DNA of 64,000 nucleotides from Candidatus Micrarchaeota archaeon. GTDB lineage: Archaea; B1Sed10-29; JAJRYS01. Location of the stretch: assembly GCA_964643685.1 (NCBI GenBank), contig CAZXTN010000003.1, positions 15,895 to 79,894 on the forward strand. The letters run 5' to 3'. Both the position numbers and the translations under genes were made by a program. This document shows positions 29,785 through 39,239 of the stretch, one piece after another. The notes under the pieces are model-generated. The model saw nothing but the letters and a program-made list of their open reading frames with translations. It was not told the origin of the DNA and did not search any database. The first letter of the stretch is position 1, and every line of letters starts with the position of its first letter.

Positions 29785-30030
29785 TTAATAAGGGAAATTG
29801 ACGACTACGTATCTTCCTACTGCTTTTACTTCGCTGAATGGAATGTTCAGCAAGCCGTGCTTGTCAAGGTGGTCTTTTATTTCTTTAAGTTCATGATCTG
29901 GCTTGACAATAAGGTTTGTTAAAGCGCCGTTTATTTCAAAGTAAACATCCATTACTTCCCCTAGTTCTAATCCGCTGTTGGAAACTACTTTTTTTTCAAG
30001 CAAGTGCTTTCCTAATATTGGTTTTGACAT
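29785..30030 (-). CDS. PRC-barrel protein
   Basis: L..K.VV...G..LG.V.D......G....L.V; IPF..VKAVG.YVVV. Confidence 0.88.
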   Translation of the reverse strand: MSKPILGKHLLEKKVVSNSGLELGEVMDVYFEINGALTNLIVKPDHELKEIKDHLDKHGLLNIPFSEVKAVGRYVVVNFPY

Positions 30031-30049
30031 TCAACAAACACCTCTTTTT

Positions 30050-30286
30050 TTAGTCGGTTATGATTATGTCTCCGACTGCTTTTACTTTTTCAAATGGAAT
30101 GAAGTTTTCTTTTATGAATTTTTTAGCTTCTGTTGCTTCTCTTCCAAGTATTGAAGTTGCTTCTGCTTTCAGTAAGAATTTTATTTGTCCTTCTTCTGGT
30201 TCTATTAAAACGTCTTTTGCAACTCCTATGAAACTGCTTTTTTGCGAGTAGATTCTTCTGCCGTAAATATCAGTTAATTTGTTCAT
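30050..30286 (-). CDS. PRC-barrel protein
   Basis: IYG..IY.....IG...DVLI; IPFEKVKAVGDIII. Confidence 0.85.
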   Translation of the reverse strand: MNKLTDIYGRRIYSQKSSFIGVAKDVLIEPEEGQIKFLLKAEATSILGREATEAKKFIKENFIPFEKVKAVGDIIITD

Positions 30287-30421
30287 TTTGCTAATCCCCC
30301 TTTATTTCATTTCTTTTTTTAACTTAAGAAAAATAAAGGAAAGAATTGTTTTTAATTGTTTTGTTTTAAGGAATAGCGCTCAGAGAAATAAAAAAGAAGA
30401 AAGGTGAAAAAAAGTGTTTTT

Positions 30422-30775
30422 TTAATGCATTGATTTTTCAGCTTCTTCTATTGTTTTTTTGGATTCATTCATTCTTGATTGAAGTCTTTCTGCTTGTGTT
30501 TTCAGCACATTTATTCTTGATTTGAGTTCTTCTCTTTTTTTGTTCAGTTCTTCTTTCAACTGCTTTGGCTCTTGCTCTATTAGGATAGTGCCCACTGCTT
30601 TGAATGTTTTTCCTTTTGCTTTTTCAAGTTCCATTAAAGCAACGTCTGTTTGAGCAAGGTCTATTTCAAGTCTTTGCAGTTGAGAGTCAACCATTTGCAA
30701 TTGCCTTTGGTAATTTTGAAATTTAAGCAGTTCTTTTTGCAGTTCCTTGTTTGAAATTTGTTTATTTTCCGTCAT
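30422..30775 (-). CDS. pfdB: prefoldin beta subunit
   Basis: Coiled coil with AL.EL......FKAVGTILI; canonical superoperon position. Confidence 0.88.
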   Translation of the reverse strand: MTENKQISNKELQKELLKFQNYQRQLQMVDSQLQRLEIDLAQTDVALMELEKAKGKTFKAVGTILIEQEPKQLKEELNKKREELKSRINVLKTQAERLQSRMNESKKTIEEAEKSMH

Positions 30776-30783
30776 TTTGTTTC

Positions 30784-31218
30784 TCACTCCTGTAATTTTA
30801 TTTTTACAATTACTTTTTCCTTGTTTTTGAATATTATCTGGTTGTCTTGTTTTAGAATTTTATTTTCAGCTTCTTCGTCTGATGAAGTGTTGAATAGTTT
30901 TTCAAGCTCTTCTGGACAATTGATTGAATTCCATTTTTGCTTTTCTTTTGTCAAATAAACTCCTTTTATTTTTAATTCTTCTGCCCAGTTCCAGTTTTCA
31001 TTGTTTAGTGTTATAAAGCGCATGAGGTGAGGATTTCCTTGCTTGTCTGTGACAATGCATATTTTTGGGTATCCTTTGCTTCTTGCTATTTCAACAAGTT
31101 CTTCTATTCCTTTTTTTCCTCTTGTTAAGTAAATGGAATCAGGAAGCAGGTTGCTTATTTTTTTTGAGAATATTCTTGTGTTTTTCGATGGCTTCCTGCT
31201 TGTTGTAAAAAGCATCAT
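30784..31218 (-). CDS. Brix/Imp4 ribosome biogenesis protein
   Basis: TTSRKPS..TR.F, RGKK...L, GNP. Confidence 0.85.
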   Translation of the reverse strand: MMLFTTSRKPSKNTRIFSKKISNLLPDSIYLTRGKKGIEELVEIARSKGYPKICIVTDKQGNPHLMRFITLNNENWNWAEELKIKGVYLTKEKQKWNSINCPEELEKLFNTSSDEEAENKILKQDNQIIFKNKEKVIVKIKLQE

Positions 31219-31228
31219 TTTAAATCAG

Positions 31229-31357
31229 TTAATCTGTTTTTATTTTTTTAACAACAGGCGGCCTTTCTTTTATAAGTATCCTGTAGCCGCAGTGAGGGCA
31301 TTTTACGACAGAGATGTCATCTATTTCAGCTCCGCATGAAAAACATTTCCAAGCCAT
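31229..31357 (-). CDS. rpo12: RNA polymerase subunit Rpo12 (RpoP)
   Basis: Manual translation MAWKCFSCGAEIDDISVVKCPHCGYRILIKERPPVVKKIKTD; missed by ORF track. Confidence 0.93.
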   Translation of the reverse strand: MAWKCFSCGAEIDDISVVKCPHCGYRILIKERPPVVKKIKTD

Positions 31358-31437
31358 TTTATTAAAAACCTCCATTCATAAGCTTTAAAAAAACCTTTTC
31401 CTAATTTTTTTTAATTAAGAAAAGGGGGTTTTGAGTT

Positions 31438-31713
31438 TTAAGCTACTTGTTTTAAAGTAGTTTTTTTCAAGATTCTTTCAGTCATTTTGCCAACAGCAGT
31501 TTGTGGCTTGTAAGCTCCTCCTGCTATTTCAGCGCCGCATTTTGAGCACACCCAAAGAGAGTAGCCTTTTCTTTTCAAGGCTTTTCTTCCACATTGAGGG
31601 CATTTTTGCTTTGACTTTTGCTCTTTTTCAATGTCTCTTACTATTTGCTTTAATGGAGTGCTGTACCTTGAACCGAACCTGCTTGCTGACTTCAGCTTTG
31701 TTTTCTTAACCAT
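31438..31713 (-). CDS. rpl37ae: 50S ribosomal protein L37Ae (eL43)
   Basis: RFGSRY, CPQCG..KR....W.C.KCG..IAGGAY. Confidence 0.96.
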   Translation of the reverse strand: MVKKTKLKSASRFGSRYSTPLKQIVRDIEKEQKSKQKCPQCGRKALKRKGYSLWVCSKCGAEIAGGAYKPQTAVGKMTERILKKTTLKQVA

Positions 31714-31777
31714 TTTCTTTTTTCACTTCCCTTGATTTTTCTAAGCTTGTATTTTCTTTTTTTGGGTTTTTATTCAT

Positions 31778-32566
31778 TTATATTAGTTTTCTTATCTTTT
31801 TTGTGGCTTTAACTGCTGTTTCAAACATTTGGTTTATTTCTTCAATTGTAAATGAGCCTTTGCCCATTTTCTGAGCTGCTGACAAGTGGCCGTCATCTCT
31901 TATGGACATTACCATCATTGCATCAGAGACTTTTTCTTCTGTCAAGGAAGGGTCTAGTACAATTGAGTCTCCTATTTTTGCGAAAGTGGCTGTCATTGGC
32001 TTGTATTTAACAGGTAATTTTCCCTGCGTTTCTTCTTTAATTAGCCTTTCTTTTTCTTCGTCGTATTTTGGAAGACGAGTGTTCCATAATGCTTTTACTG
32101 CGCCGATTGTAGCTGCGTCGAAGAAGTTTCCGTCAAAATCAAGCACATGCAAGTCAATTAAGGCAGTCCATACTTTTTCGCCTTCAACTATGCACATTTT
32201 TTCAAAGTCTATTGCTCCTGATTCTCTTATTCCCCTGTCAACGACTCTTGCGAATTCAATTGATTCAGGTGAAGGTGGGCCTGAGTAATAAAGGGGTGAT
32301 GCGATTGGAACTAATTCTGAGTTTGTAACCATGTTTCCTTCTTTTTCATGATCTGGATATGGTGTTCCAATGTCCATTTTTACTCCTACAAGCACTTGGG
32401 TTTCCCCTAGTTTGACTAAAGCGCTTCCTTCTGCTTTCGGAACATAACCTTCTATTATTTCAATTTTTCTGTATTCGTCGAATTTTCTTCCATCTTCTCT
32501 TTCGCCTTGTTTTAACATTCTGGTAATTGAATCTTTTTTAAGTTTTAAGATAATATTTTCATCCAT
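31778..32566 (-). CDS. rrp42: exosome complex protein Rrp42
   Basis: R.DGR..DEYR, KAEGSALVKLG.TQV, E.ARVVDRGIRES. Confidence 0.96.
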   Translation of the reverse strand: MDENIILKLKKDSITRMLKQGEREDGRKFDEYRKIEIIEGYVPKAEGSALVKLGETQVLVGVKMDIGTPYPDHEKEGNMVTNSELVPIASPLYYSGPPSPESIEFARVVDRGIRESGAIDFEKMCIVEGEKVWTALIDLHVLDFDGNFFDAATIGAVKALWNTRLPKYDEEKERLIKEETQGKLPVKYKPMTATFAKIGDSIVLDPSLTEEKVSDAMMVMSIRDDGHLSAAQKMGKGSFTIEEINQMFETAVKATKKIRKLI

Positions 32567-32594
32567 TTCAAATCTCTCCTTTTTCTATTTTTTT

Positions 32595-33341
32595 TCACTG
32601 CATTTCTTCTGCTATTTCTTTTTGTTCTTTTTCATATTTTTCTTTAAGAGCCTGCCTTTGTTTTTCGTAAATAACAGGCACTGCTTTTTTAATCAAGTCC
32701 ATTGCCTTGTCAAATTCTTCTTTTGAAAAATCGCCGTCCATTTGCATTAGGACAACTTCTCCTGTTGACGGCACTATTCCCATTGGCATGTCTGCTTGCC
32801 CGAAGTTGTCTTCTTCTTTTCCTAGGTCAAGTATGACTTGGTCTCCTGCTTTTCCAGCAGCTACTCCTACTATTAAGTCTTTCATTGGCACTCCTGCGTC
32901 TGCTACTGCAACTGAAGCTGCTGTTAATGCAGCGCATCTTGTGCCTGCGTCTGCTTGCAGTATTTCTACAAAAATGTCTATTGATGCTTTTGGGAAGTAG
33001 TTTGTAAAGATGACTTTTTCAAATGCTTCTTGTGATATTTTTGATATTTCAGTTGACCTTCTGTCTGGTCCTGGTCTTTTCCTGTCTTCAACTGAGAATG
33101 GAGCCATGTTGTACCTGTATCTGATTCTTGCTTTTAATGGGTCTTGTTCGTGCCTTGGGAGGCATTCTCTTGGCCCGTAAACAGCTGCTAGGACTTTGTT
33201 CTTGCCCCATTCAAGCAAGCATGAACCATCTGCTCTTTTAAGCACTCCTGCTGTTATTTTCAAGTCTCTTAATTCGTCAAATTTTCTTCCGTCTATTCTT
33301 TTTCCGTTTTTAAATAATTCAATTTCTTTGCTTCCGCTCAT
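32595..33341 (-). CDS. rrp41: exosome complex exonuclease Rrp41
   Basis: GVLKRADGS, YNMAPFSV.DRKRPGPDRRS, QADAGTR, KEED..G.ADMP. Confidence 0.97.
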   Translation of the reverse strand: MSGSKEIELFKNGKRIDGRKFDELRDLKITAGVLKRADGSCLLEWGKNKVLAAVYGPRECLPRHEQDPLKARIRYRYNMAPFSVEDRKRPGPDRRSTEISKISQEAFEKVIFTNYFPKASIDIFVEILQADAGTRCAALTAASVAVADAGVPMKDLIVGVAAGKAGDQVILDLGKEEDNFGQADMPMGIVPSTGEVVLMQMDGDFSKEEFDKAMDLIKKAVPVIYEKQRQALKEKYEKEQKEIAEEMQ

Positions 33342-33355
33342 TTTTCATTCACCTT

Positions 33356-33961
33356 TTAGTTTTTGTTTTTCAATTCTTCATCTAGGAATTTAGTTATTTT
33401 GTCAGTTAATCCTGAAGTGTGTGCTTCTTTTTCTATTTTGTAAATTGCTTTCTTCAGAATGTTTGAGTTTTCTCCTTTGATCCATATTCTTCCGTTTCTG
33501 CCTATGAATAGGTTGCATCCTGTCTTATTTTTCAAAAGTTCTATCATGGAATTCTTTTTTCCAATGACTCTTGGTATTCTAACAGGGGAGATTTCTACAA
33601 TTTCTCCTTCATATAATTGTCTTTCGTCTCCGAGTTTTGTGGATTTTACTTCATCAACTTCGAAGATTTTAGCAAAAACCACGTCTCCTTTTTTGTATTC
33701 TCTTCTTGTAGGTAGGAAAGCAGTGTAGGGGGAGTTGATGTCAACAACTGCTCCTCCGAATTTTGCTTCTTCAATGACTCCTACTACAAGGTCTCCTTCT
33801 GAGGGAATGTATTTTCCGCTTAATGGGATTATTTTTTCCCTTCCTTCGTTTTCAGTAAGGACTCCGTAAACGCTTGAATAAAAATCGTTTCCTTTTCTGT
33901 AGGAATACATTCCTCTTGCATTTACTTTGTCTCCTGGTAAAACAATTCTTTTTTCGCTCAT
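33356..33961 (-). CDS. rrp4: exosome RNA-binding protein Rrp4
   Basis: IPL.GKYIP..GD.V.G, S1 + KH (PRVIGK, GRNGRIW). Confidence 0.93.
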   Translation of the reverse strand: MSEKRIVLPGDKVNARGMYSYRKGNDFYSSVYGVLTENEGREKIIPLSGKYIPSEGDLVVGVIEEAKFGGAVVDINSPYTAFLPTRREYKKGDVVFAKIFEVDEVKSTKLGDERQLYEGEIVEISPVRIPRVIGKKNSMIELLKNKTGCNLFIGRNGRIWIKGENSNILKKAIYKIEKEAHTSGLTDKITKFLDEELKNKN

Positions 33962-34005
33962 TTCAAATCACTCTCTTTCAAAACTTTTTTTTAAAAAAAA
34001 TTTGT

Positions 34006-34710
34006 TTATTTTCTTTCAATTACCTTAAATTCTGCTTCTCCGTGTGTTATTTTGTTTATTTTGTCTTCAAAATCAGATTTCATTCCAGCTGGGATTTCAA
34101 TTACGCAGTAGTAACTTCCATCATTCATCCATTGTTCTTTGGTTCTTTTCAAAGTTTTTAGGTAACCTACTGCTTTTCCTGAGTAAGTAGCAGGGACTCT
34201 GACAACTATTTCATCAACTTCCATTTTGATAGGAAGAACTTTTTTCATTTTAGCAAGGACGCTTTCAACTTGTGATTCGGCTGACTTGAAAATGTCAACA
34301 GGGCATTTTGCTTCTTCAAAAGCTTTTTCCAATCTTTTAAGTGTATGTGGCACGTGTGTTCTTGGGTCAACAGCGCTTATTGAAATCAAATGAAGCACTT
34401 GTTTTTTCTTCTCTTCCATCATTCTGTGCCTTTGTTCAGTTGTAAGTTGAATTTCTCCTTTTTTAATAATCACTGGAACAATTTGCTTGTAGTCAGTTGT
34501 TCCAAAAACTTTAATTAAATCCTCTTCAGATGCTTTTTTAGCTTTTGATGAATCAGAGTAAATGTCAGAAGCAGCTATTAAGTCATCAACTTCAATTTCC
34601 TTGCCTTGTTTGAAGTCCCTTGAAAGTTCAGGGTCAACAAGAGCTTCAAAATGCATTTCTCCTTTTTTGTATCTTGCAATTACTGCTTTATCCAAACTAA
34701 TCATTTTCAC
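34006..34710 (-). CDS. ribosome maturation factor SBDS
   Basis: VIARY..G..HFE.LVDP, GEIQLTTEQR, VDPRT..PH. Confidence 0.95.
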   Translation of the reverse strand: MKMISLDKAVIARYKKGEMHFEALVDPELSRDFKQGKEIEVDDLIAASDIYSDSSKAKKASEEDLIKVFGTTDYKQIVPVIIKKGEIQLTTEQRHRMMEEKKKQVLHLISISAVDPRTHVPHTLKRLEKAFEEAKCPVDIFKSAESQVESVLAKMKKVLPIKMEVDEIVVRVPATYSGKAVGYLKTLKRTKEQWMNDGSYYCVIEIPAGMKSDFEDKINKITHGEAEFKVIERK

Positions 34711-34771
34711 AAACCCTCTTTAAATAAAAATAAAAGCAAAGGAAGAGAAGCAAAACAAAAATTTGTTTGCT

Positions 34772-35491
34772 TTACTTCACTTTAGATATGTACTTCTGAA
34801 GAACATCTTTTTCCAATTTAGTGTATTTCCTGGTTTTTTTAGGAATGTAATAAACGTCAACAGTTTCCTTGCTTATTTTCTTATCACCTACTTTTTTAAG
34901 AGTCTTTAAAGCAAGCATTACTGCTTCTTCAAAAGACGCTGCTTCTTTATACTCTTTTTGAAGAAAAGCCTCTGCTTCAGCTTTTCCTCCTCCAATTGCA
35001 GCTGCATACAGTTCATTGAACGCGCCTGAAGGATCTGTTTCAAACAATCTGGCGCCAGTGTCATCAACGCCTGTTATTAAAAGAGATGCTCCGAAAGGAC
35101 GAGCTCCTCCAAATTGAGTATATGCCTGCTTCAAATCACAAACATCTTGAGTGAGAGTTTGAATATCAATTGGTTTTCCGTAAATTAATTTTTCTTCTTG
35201 CGCAACTATCCTTGCATGGTCAACAAGCCTCCTGGCATCTGCAACCAAGCCAGAAGTAGCAACTCCAACATGCTCATCTATTTGGAATATTTTTTCAATA
35301 GACTCTCCTCTAAGCAGTTTTGAATTAATATTTTTGTCAACAGCTAATAAAACGCCATCTTTGTAAATCATTCCAAGAGCAGTTGTTCCTCTTTTAACAG
35401 CTTCTCTTGCATATTCTACTTGAAACAGCCTTCCATCTGGGCTGAAAACAGTTATTGCGCGGTCATAAGCCGACGGCGACGCTGGATACAT
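34772..35491 (-). CDS. psmA: proteasome alpha subunit
   Basis: YDRAITVFSPDGRLFQVEYAREAVKRG, RPFG, TDPSG. Confidence 0.98.
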   Translation of the reverse strand: MYPASPSAYDRAITVFSPDGRLFQVEYAREAVKRGTTALGMIYKDGVLLAVDKNINSKLLRGESIEKIFQIDEHVGVATSGLVADARRLVDHARIVAQEEKLIYGKPIDIQTLTQDVCDLKQAYTQFGGARPFGASLLITGVDDTGARLFETDPSGAFNELYAAAIGGGKAEAEAFLQKEYKEAASFEEAVMLALKTLKKVGDKKISKETVDVYYIPKKTRKYTKLEKDVLQKYISKVK

Positions 35492-35758
35492 AAACAATTA
35501 CCTCCGTTTTTTCAAAAAAGGCAAAAGGCAAAACATTTTTTTAAAGCAAGTTAAAAATGAATCTTCTGGTAAGAAAAAATTCAAATTGCCTTTTTTTCCT
35601 AAAAAAGATAAACACTTTTTATTTATAAATTAGTTTTCCAAGGACTCTATACCTCAGCCAATTACCTCACTAATTTTTAAATTTTTTCACAACTGAGTTT
35701 AACATATGAAATAAATCCTTTTTATAACTTACTTTTCACTGACGTTGGATAGAAAAAA

Positions 35759-36130
35759 TTATTTTTTAATAAAAGAATCTGCTTTTTTAACAGTTCCTGT
35801 TACCCTTATTATTTTAACAACAATTTTTTCATTTTCAATTTTTTCAAAAAAACCAAGAGCAAACAAAACCAGATTTAAATAATCATTATTGACTCTTATA
35901 ATCCCTGCTTTCTGCTTTTCATAATACTTAACAAGCCAAAAACCTGAATTTGAAAATCCAAACAAGCCAAGCGCTTTAAAAATAACATTATTAATTTCTT
36001 TCTCAACTTGCTTTTTTGAAAAAACCTTGCTTGAAGCGATTTCAAAAGCAACATACCTTCTTCTATCTCTTAAAGTAGGGGGAAGTGGTTTCATCAGCAA
36101 TTCAACCTCTTTCAAACTTCTTTTTTTCAA
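35759..36130 (-). CDS. RNase P protein Pop5/Rpp14
   Basis: LPPTLR.R.RY.AF, VTGT.KK. Confidence 0.9.
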   Translation of the reverse strand: MKKRSLKEVELLMKPLPPTLRDRRRYVAFEIASSKVFSKKQVEKEINNVIFKALGLFGFSNSGFWLVKYYEKQKAGIIRVNNDYLNLVLFALGFFEKIENEKIVVKIIRVTGTVKKADSFIKK

Positions 36131-36157
36131 CTCCTATTAAAATTAAATGAATTCAAA

Positions 36158-36628
36158 TCAATGAACATAAGGTTCATATGCTTGGTTTAAACTCCATTTC
36201 GCCTGAGGCTTGCTCATGCCTAAAAACATGCCGAAACCAATAAGCACATTAGCATCTTTTAACCTGCTTTCATCTCGTGCATTTGAACAAATAAGAATAT
36301 TATTCTTCTGCTTCAAGCAAATCTTAACAGCTTCTTTCAAATTCCTTAAATAAAGCACTTGGCTTACTCCTTTTAGGTTCAAAACAGAGTTTAAAGAAAA
36401 AGCAATTGAAACATTGTTATCTTTGGCTATTTGAGCTACTGCAGTGTCAAACTCTTTTGTAAAAGAAACAGGGTCAAGGAGAACCTGAACTCCTTTTGTC
36501 CTGACAATCTTTCTATTAAGCTCAAGGCTTCCTCCTTGCTTGATTTTAACATCTTTTTCAGACAAGTACTTTTTAAAACCCATTTCACTGGCTTTGCTTT
36601 TCAACTCATCTGAAACCAAATCGTACAA
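36158..36628 (-). CDS. RNase P protein Rpp30 (short form)
   Basis: A..AK.NNV.I...L, S.A....L; position between eL15 and Pop5. Confidence 0.75.
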   Translation of the reverse strand: MYDLVSDELKSKASEMGFKKYLSEKDVKIKQGGSLELNRKIVRTKGVQVLLDPVSFTKEFDTAVAQIAKDNNVSIAFSLNSVLNLKGVSQVLYLRNLKEAVKICLKQKNNILICSNARDESRLKDANVLIGFGMFLGMSKPQAKWSLNQAYEPYVH

Positions 36629-36639
36629 CGGTTAACACC

Positions 36640-37203
36640 TTAGTACTTTTTCCTCTGCTTGTTCTTGCTTCCTTTGGCTTTTGTCTTTGGCTTGGATTTC
36701 TTACCAGCGCTTGTCTTGTTCCTATGCACTCTTCTTGTCTCGCTGCAAATCCAATTCAAATCCTTGTCCTTCTTAATGGCAGGATGAGTAGGGTCAACCA
36801 TTATAACTTCAAACCACTTATACTGCCCATCCTCCATAACCAAATAAGAATTTAAAACCTCCAAGTTAGGGAACTTTCTTGCAATCCTCTCTTCAGCAAT
36901 CAACTGAATAGACTTCTGCCTTTTAATTTTCCTAACACCCATTTTAGAGTGTCTTCTTCCAGCCCTCACTCTCTTATGAACACCGCTTCCTCTCCTAACT
37001 CTTATCCTGGCAACAACAACACCTTGCTTTGCCTTATAACCAAGTTCTCTTGCTCTTGGAATATTTGTCGGCTTACCTAGCCTGACAACAACAGGCTCTC
37101 TCCTTAACTCAAGAAGCCTTCCTTTATGCATTTCCTTAGCTCCAGGCTCTTTGCCTTTCCATTCTTTTTGAAACAATTCCTTTATTCTCTTAATTGCACT
37201 CAT
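36640..37203 (-). CDS. rpl15e: 50S ribosomal protein L15e
   Basis: [39 protein letters not shown]. Confidence 0.98.
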   Translation of the reverse strand: MSAIKRIKELFQKEWKGKEPGAKEMHKGRLLELRREPVVVRLGKPTNIPRARELGYKAKQGVVVARIRVRRGSGVHKRVRAGRRHSKMGVRKIKRQKSIQLIAEERIARKFPNLEVLNSYLVMEDGQYKWFEVIMVDPTHPAIKKDKDLNWICSETRRVHRNKTSAGKKSKPKTKAKGSKNKQRKKY

Positions 37204-37224
37204 TTCTCAACACTCCTTTAATTC

Positions 37225-37254
37225 ATCGTTCTCCCTTTAAAGGGAACATTCGAT
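37225..37254 (-). promoter_or_regulatory. candidate eL15 ribosomal-protein leader hairpin
   Basis: AUCG-AAUGU-UCCC(UUUAAA)GGGA-GAA-CGAU just upstream of the RBS. Confidence 0.45.
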
Positions 37255-37501
37255 ACTGCTTAAAAAAACAGTGAATTAATTATTGCATTAATTTATTTTT
37301 AAAGCTTTGGAACAACACAACTTTTTAAATGAAAAGGTTTAAAAACAAAACCATTAATAAATAATAAACACTCCTTCGACTACTTGCTTAACAAGACGTC
37401 CACAGGAGAAAAAAATAAAAAAAGATTCAATTAAAAAAAATGAATCTAATTTTAAAAAAAAAGAAATTTTAATTAAAACTTAAGGACAGGTGGAAAACAA
37501 A

Positions 37502-38092
37502 ATGGCTTCTTTGAAACCAGCAAAAACACAAAGAGAACCAAGAAGAGCTTGGACAAGAACAGCTAAAAGAAAAGTAAAAAAAGCATTCGTACGCGGAGTA
37601 CCTGACTCTCGTTTAAGAAGCTTTGACATGGGCTTTGCAAAACCAAAAGACTGCGAAATAGAACTAGACTTAGTGTCAAGCGAACATTTTCAAATGAGAG
37701 ACAACTCACTTGAATCAGCAAGAGTCATGGCAAACAAAATATTTGAAAAAAAAATAGGAAGAGACTTCTACTACTTCAAAGTAAGAGTATTCCCACACCA
37801 ATGCTTAAGAGAACATTCCATGCTAACAGGAGCAGGAGCAGACCGTTTATCATCTGGAATGAGAAAGCCATTCGGACGCCCAATAGGAAGAGCAGCTGTC
37901 GTGAAAAAAGGCCAGAAAATATTCACAGTATACACAATGAAACAATTTGAAAACCACGCAAAAGAAGGCTTGAAAAGAGCGGCAATGAAACTAAGCGGAA
38001 GCCCAAAAATCGTGATAAAAGACATTAGCAAAAACAAGCCTGAAAAACTAATGCCAGGAAAAAAGAAGAAAAAAAGAGACTTCAAAAAATAA
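37502..38092 (+). CDS. rpl10e: 50S ribosomal protein L10e (uL16)
   Basis: RDN.LE.AR, V.PH..LRE..M..GAGADRLS.GMR..FG.P.G.AA. Confidence 0.96.
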   Translation: MASLKPAKTQREPRRAWTRTAKRKVKKAFVRGVPDSRLRSFDMGFAKPKDCEIELDLVSSEHFQMRDNSLESARVMANKIFEKKIGRDFYYFKVRVFPHQCLREHSMLTGAGADRLSSGMRKPFGRPIGRAAVVKKGQKIFTVYTMKQFENHAKEGLKRAAMKLSGSPKIVIKDISKNKPEKLMPGKKKKKRDFKK

Positions 38093-38236
38093 AACAACAA
38101 AGCAACTTTTCTCATTTTTTTACTTTTTCTTATTTTATTCAATTAACAATTAGACTTAACTCTAAAAAAAGCTTTATTAATTCAAAAAAAGACAACTTAA
38201 AGTAATAGGTAAAACAAATTCTTAAAAAAAAGGCAA

Positions 38237-38824
38237 TTGAGGTTAATTAAAATGAACAGTAGGCAAATACAAGAGATGGTAAAAAGAGAACTTGAAAAAA
38301 GAAAAGGTAACATGACAAGCGCAGCAAGCAATGCAGAAAAATCAAAGAAATCAGAACTGCTTCGTAGGAGAGCAGAATTAAAAGCATCATTGCTTAGAAC
38401 AAACGCTGTTTCTGATAAAATAAATAAGAAATTAGTGGAAGGATTGATTAAAAAAAGCTTAAAAGAGCAGATAAAATACAACAGGGAAAGAGGATTGCCT
38501 ACTGAACAACTGGAATGGGATTTAAGGAGAACAAAGGAGATTGCTAATGAAATTTATGACAACCCTGAAGTGCAGAGGGCTTTGAATGAACAGAGGAGAG
38601 CAATAAGAACAAGCAGCAAAAAACAGCAGAGCAACACAATCATAGACAGTTTGCTTGGAGCAGGAGCTTTAGTAGTGGGATCCCCTGTAAATTTTTTACT
38701 TGCAATGGGTTTAATAGGTAAAAAAACAGGCGAGCATGCCATAAAAAGAAAAAAACTAAAACCACTCCAAGAAGATATAAGAAAAAGGTTAAAAGAAAAC
38801 AAAGAAAAATTGAAAGAAAGTTAA
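38237..38824 (+). CDS. orphan charged protein with a Gly-rich hydrophobic segment
   Basis: 195-aa ORF; start uncertain. Confidence 0.65.
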   Translation: MRLIKMNSRQIQEMVKRELEKRKGNMTSAASNAEKSKKSELLRRRAELKASLLRTNAVSDKINKKLVEGLIKKSLKEQIKYNRERGLPTEQLEWDLRRTKEIANEIYDNPEVQRALNEQRRAIRTSSKKQQSNTIIDSLLGAGALVVGSPVNFLLAMGLIGKKTGEHAIKRKKLKPLQEDIRKRLKENKEKLKES

Positions 38825-38877
38825 ATAATCCTTTTTTTACTTACTTATTTTTTTAAAAGCAAACGTTTTAATGACTT

Positions 38878-38988
38878 GTTTTTTTGCCGTTAGGCAAAAA
38901 ACCTTTTCAAACTTCAAAGAAGTTTGAACTTGGCTATTGAGGCGTAAGCCGAAAATAGCCTTATTGATGCAAACTTTTAAAGTTTGCT
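38878..38988 (-). repeat. family-B palindromic element copy 2 (four hairpins) downstream of tRNA-Ala
   Basis: rc: GCAAACTTTAAAAGTTTGC-ATCAA-hairpin-AGTTCAAA..TTTGAA-TTTGCCTAACGGCAAA; colinear with 55217-55325. Confidence 0.85.
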
Positions 38989-38989
38989 A

Positions 38990-39101
38990 TGGACTCGGCG
39001 GGAGTTGAACCCGCGGCCTCTCCCACGCCAAGGGAGCAATCTGTAGCGAAAACAATCCGTTTGGGGAAGTGGGTTTGTTTTTACCACTGATCTACGAGCC
39101 C
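38990..39101 (-). tRNA. tRNA-Ala(GGC) with ~38-40 nt intron in the D-loop region
   Basis: GGGCTCG/CGAGTCC acceptor with G3:U70, CTCCC-TTGGCGT-GGGAG anticodon arm, GGTTCAACTCC T-arm; extra hairpin between AGTGGT and AGATT. Confidence 0.85.
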
Positions 39102-39239
39102 GGTTGTAAAGAAAGGTTTTTTGCTGGTTAAATTTAGTTTTTTGGTTATTTTTAATTGTTTTTGAAGAATAAGGATTTGATTTAAATTAAGGAGAAGGGA
39201 AGGTGGGGGCTTCCTTTCTTTTGAAGGGTTTTTTGCTGT

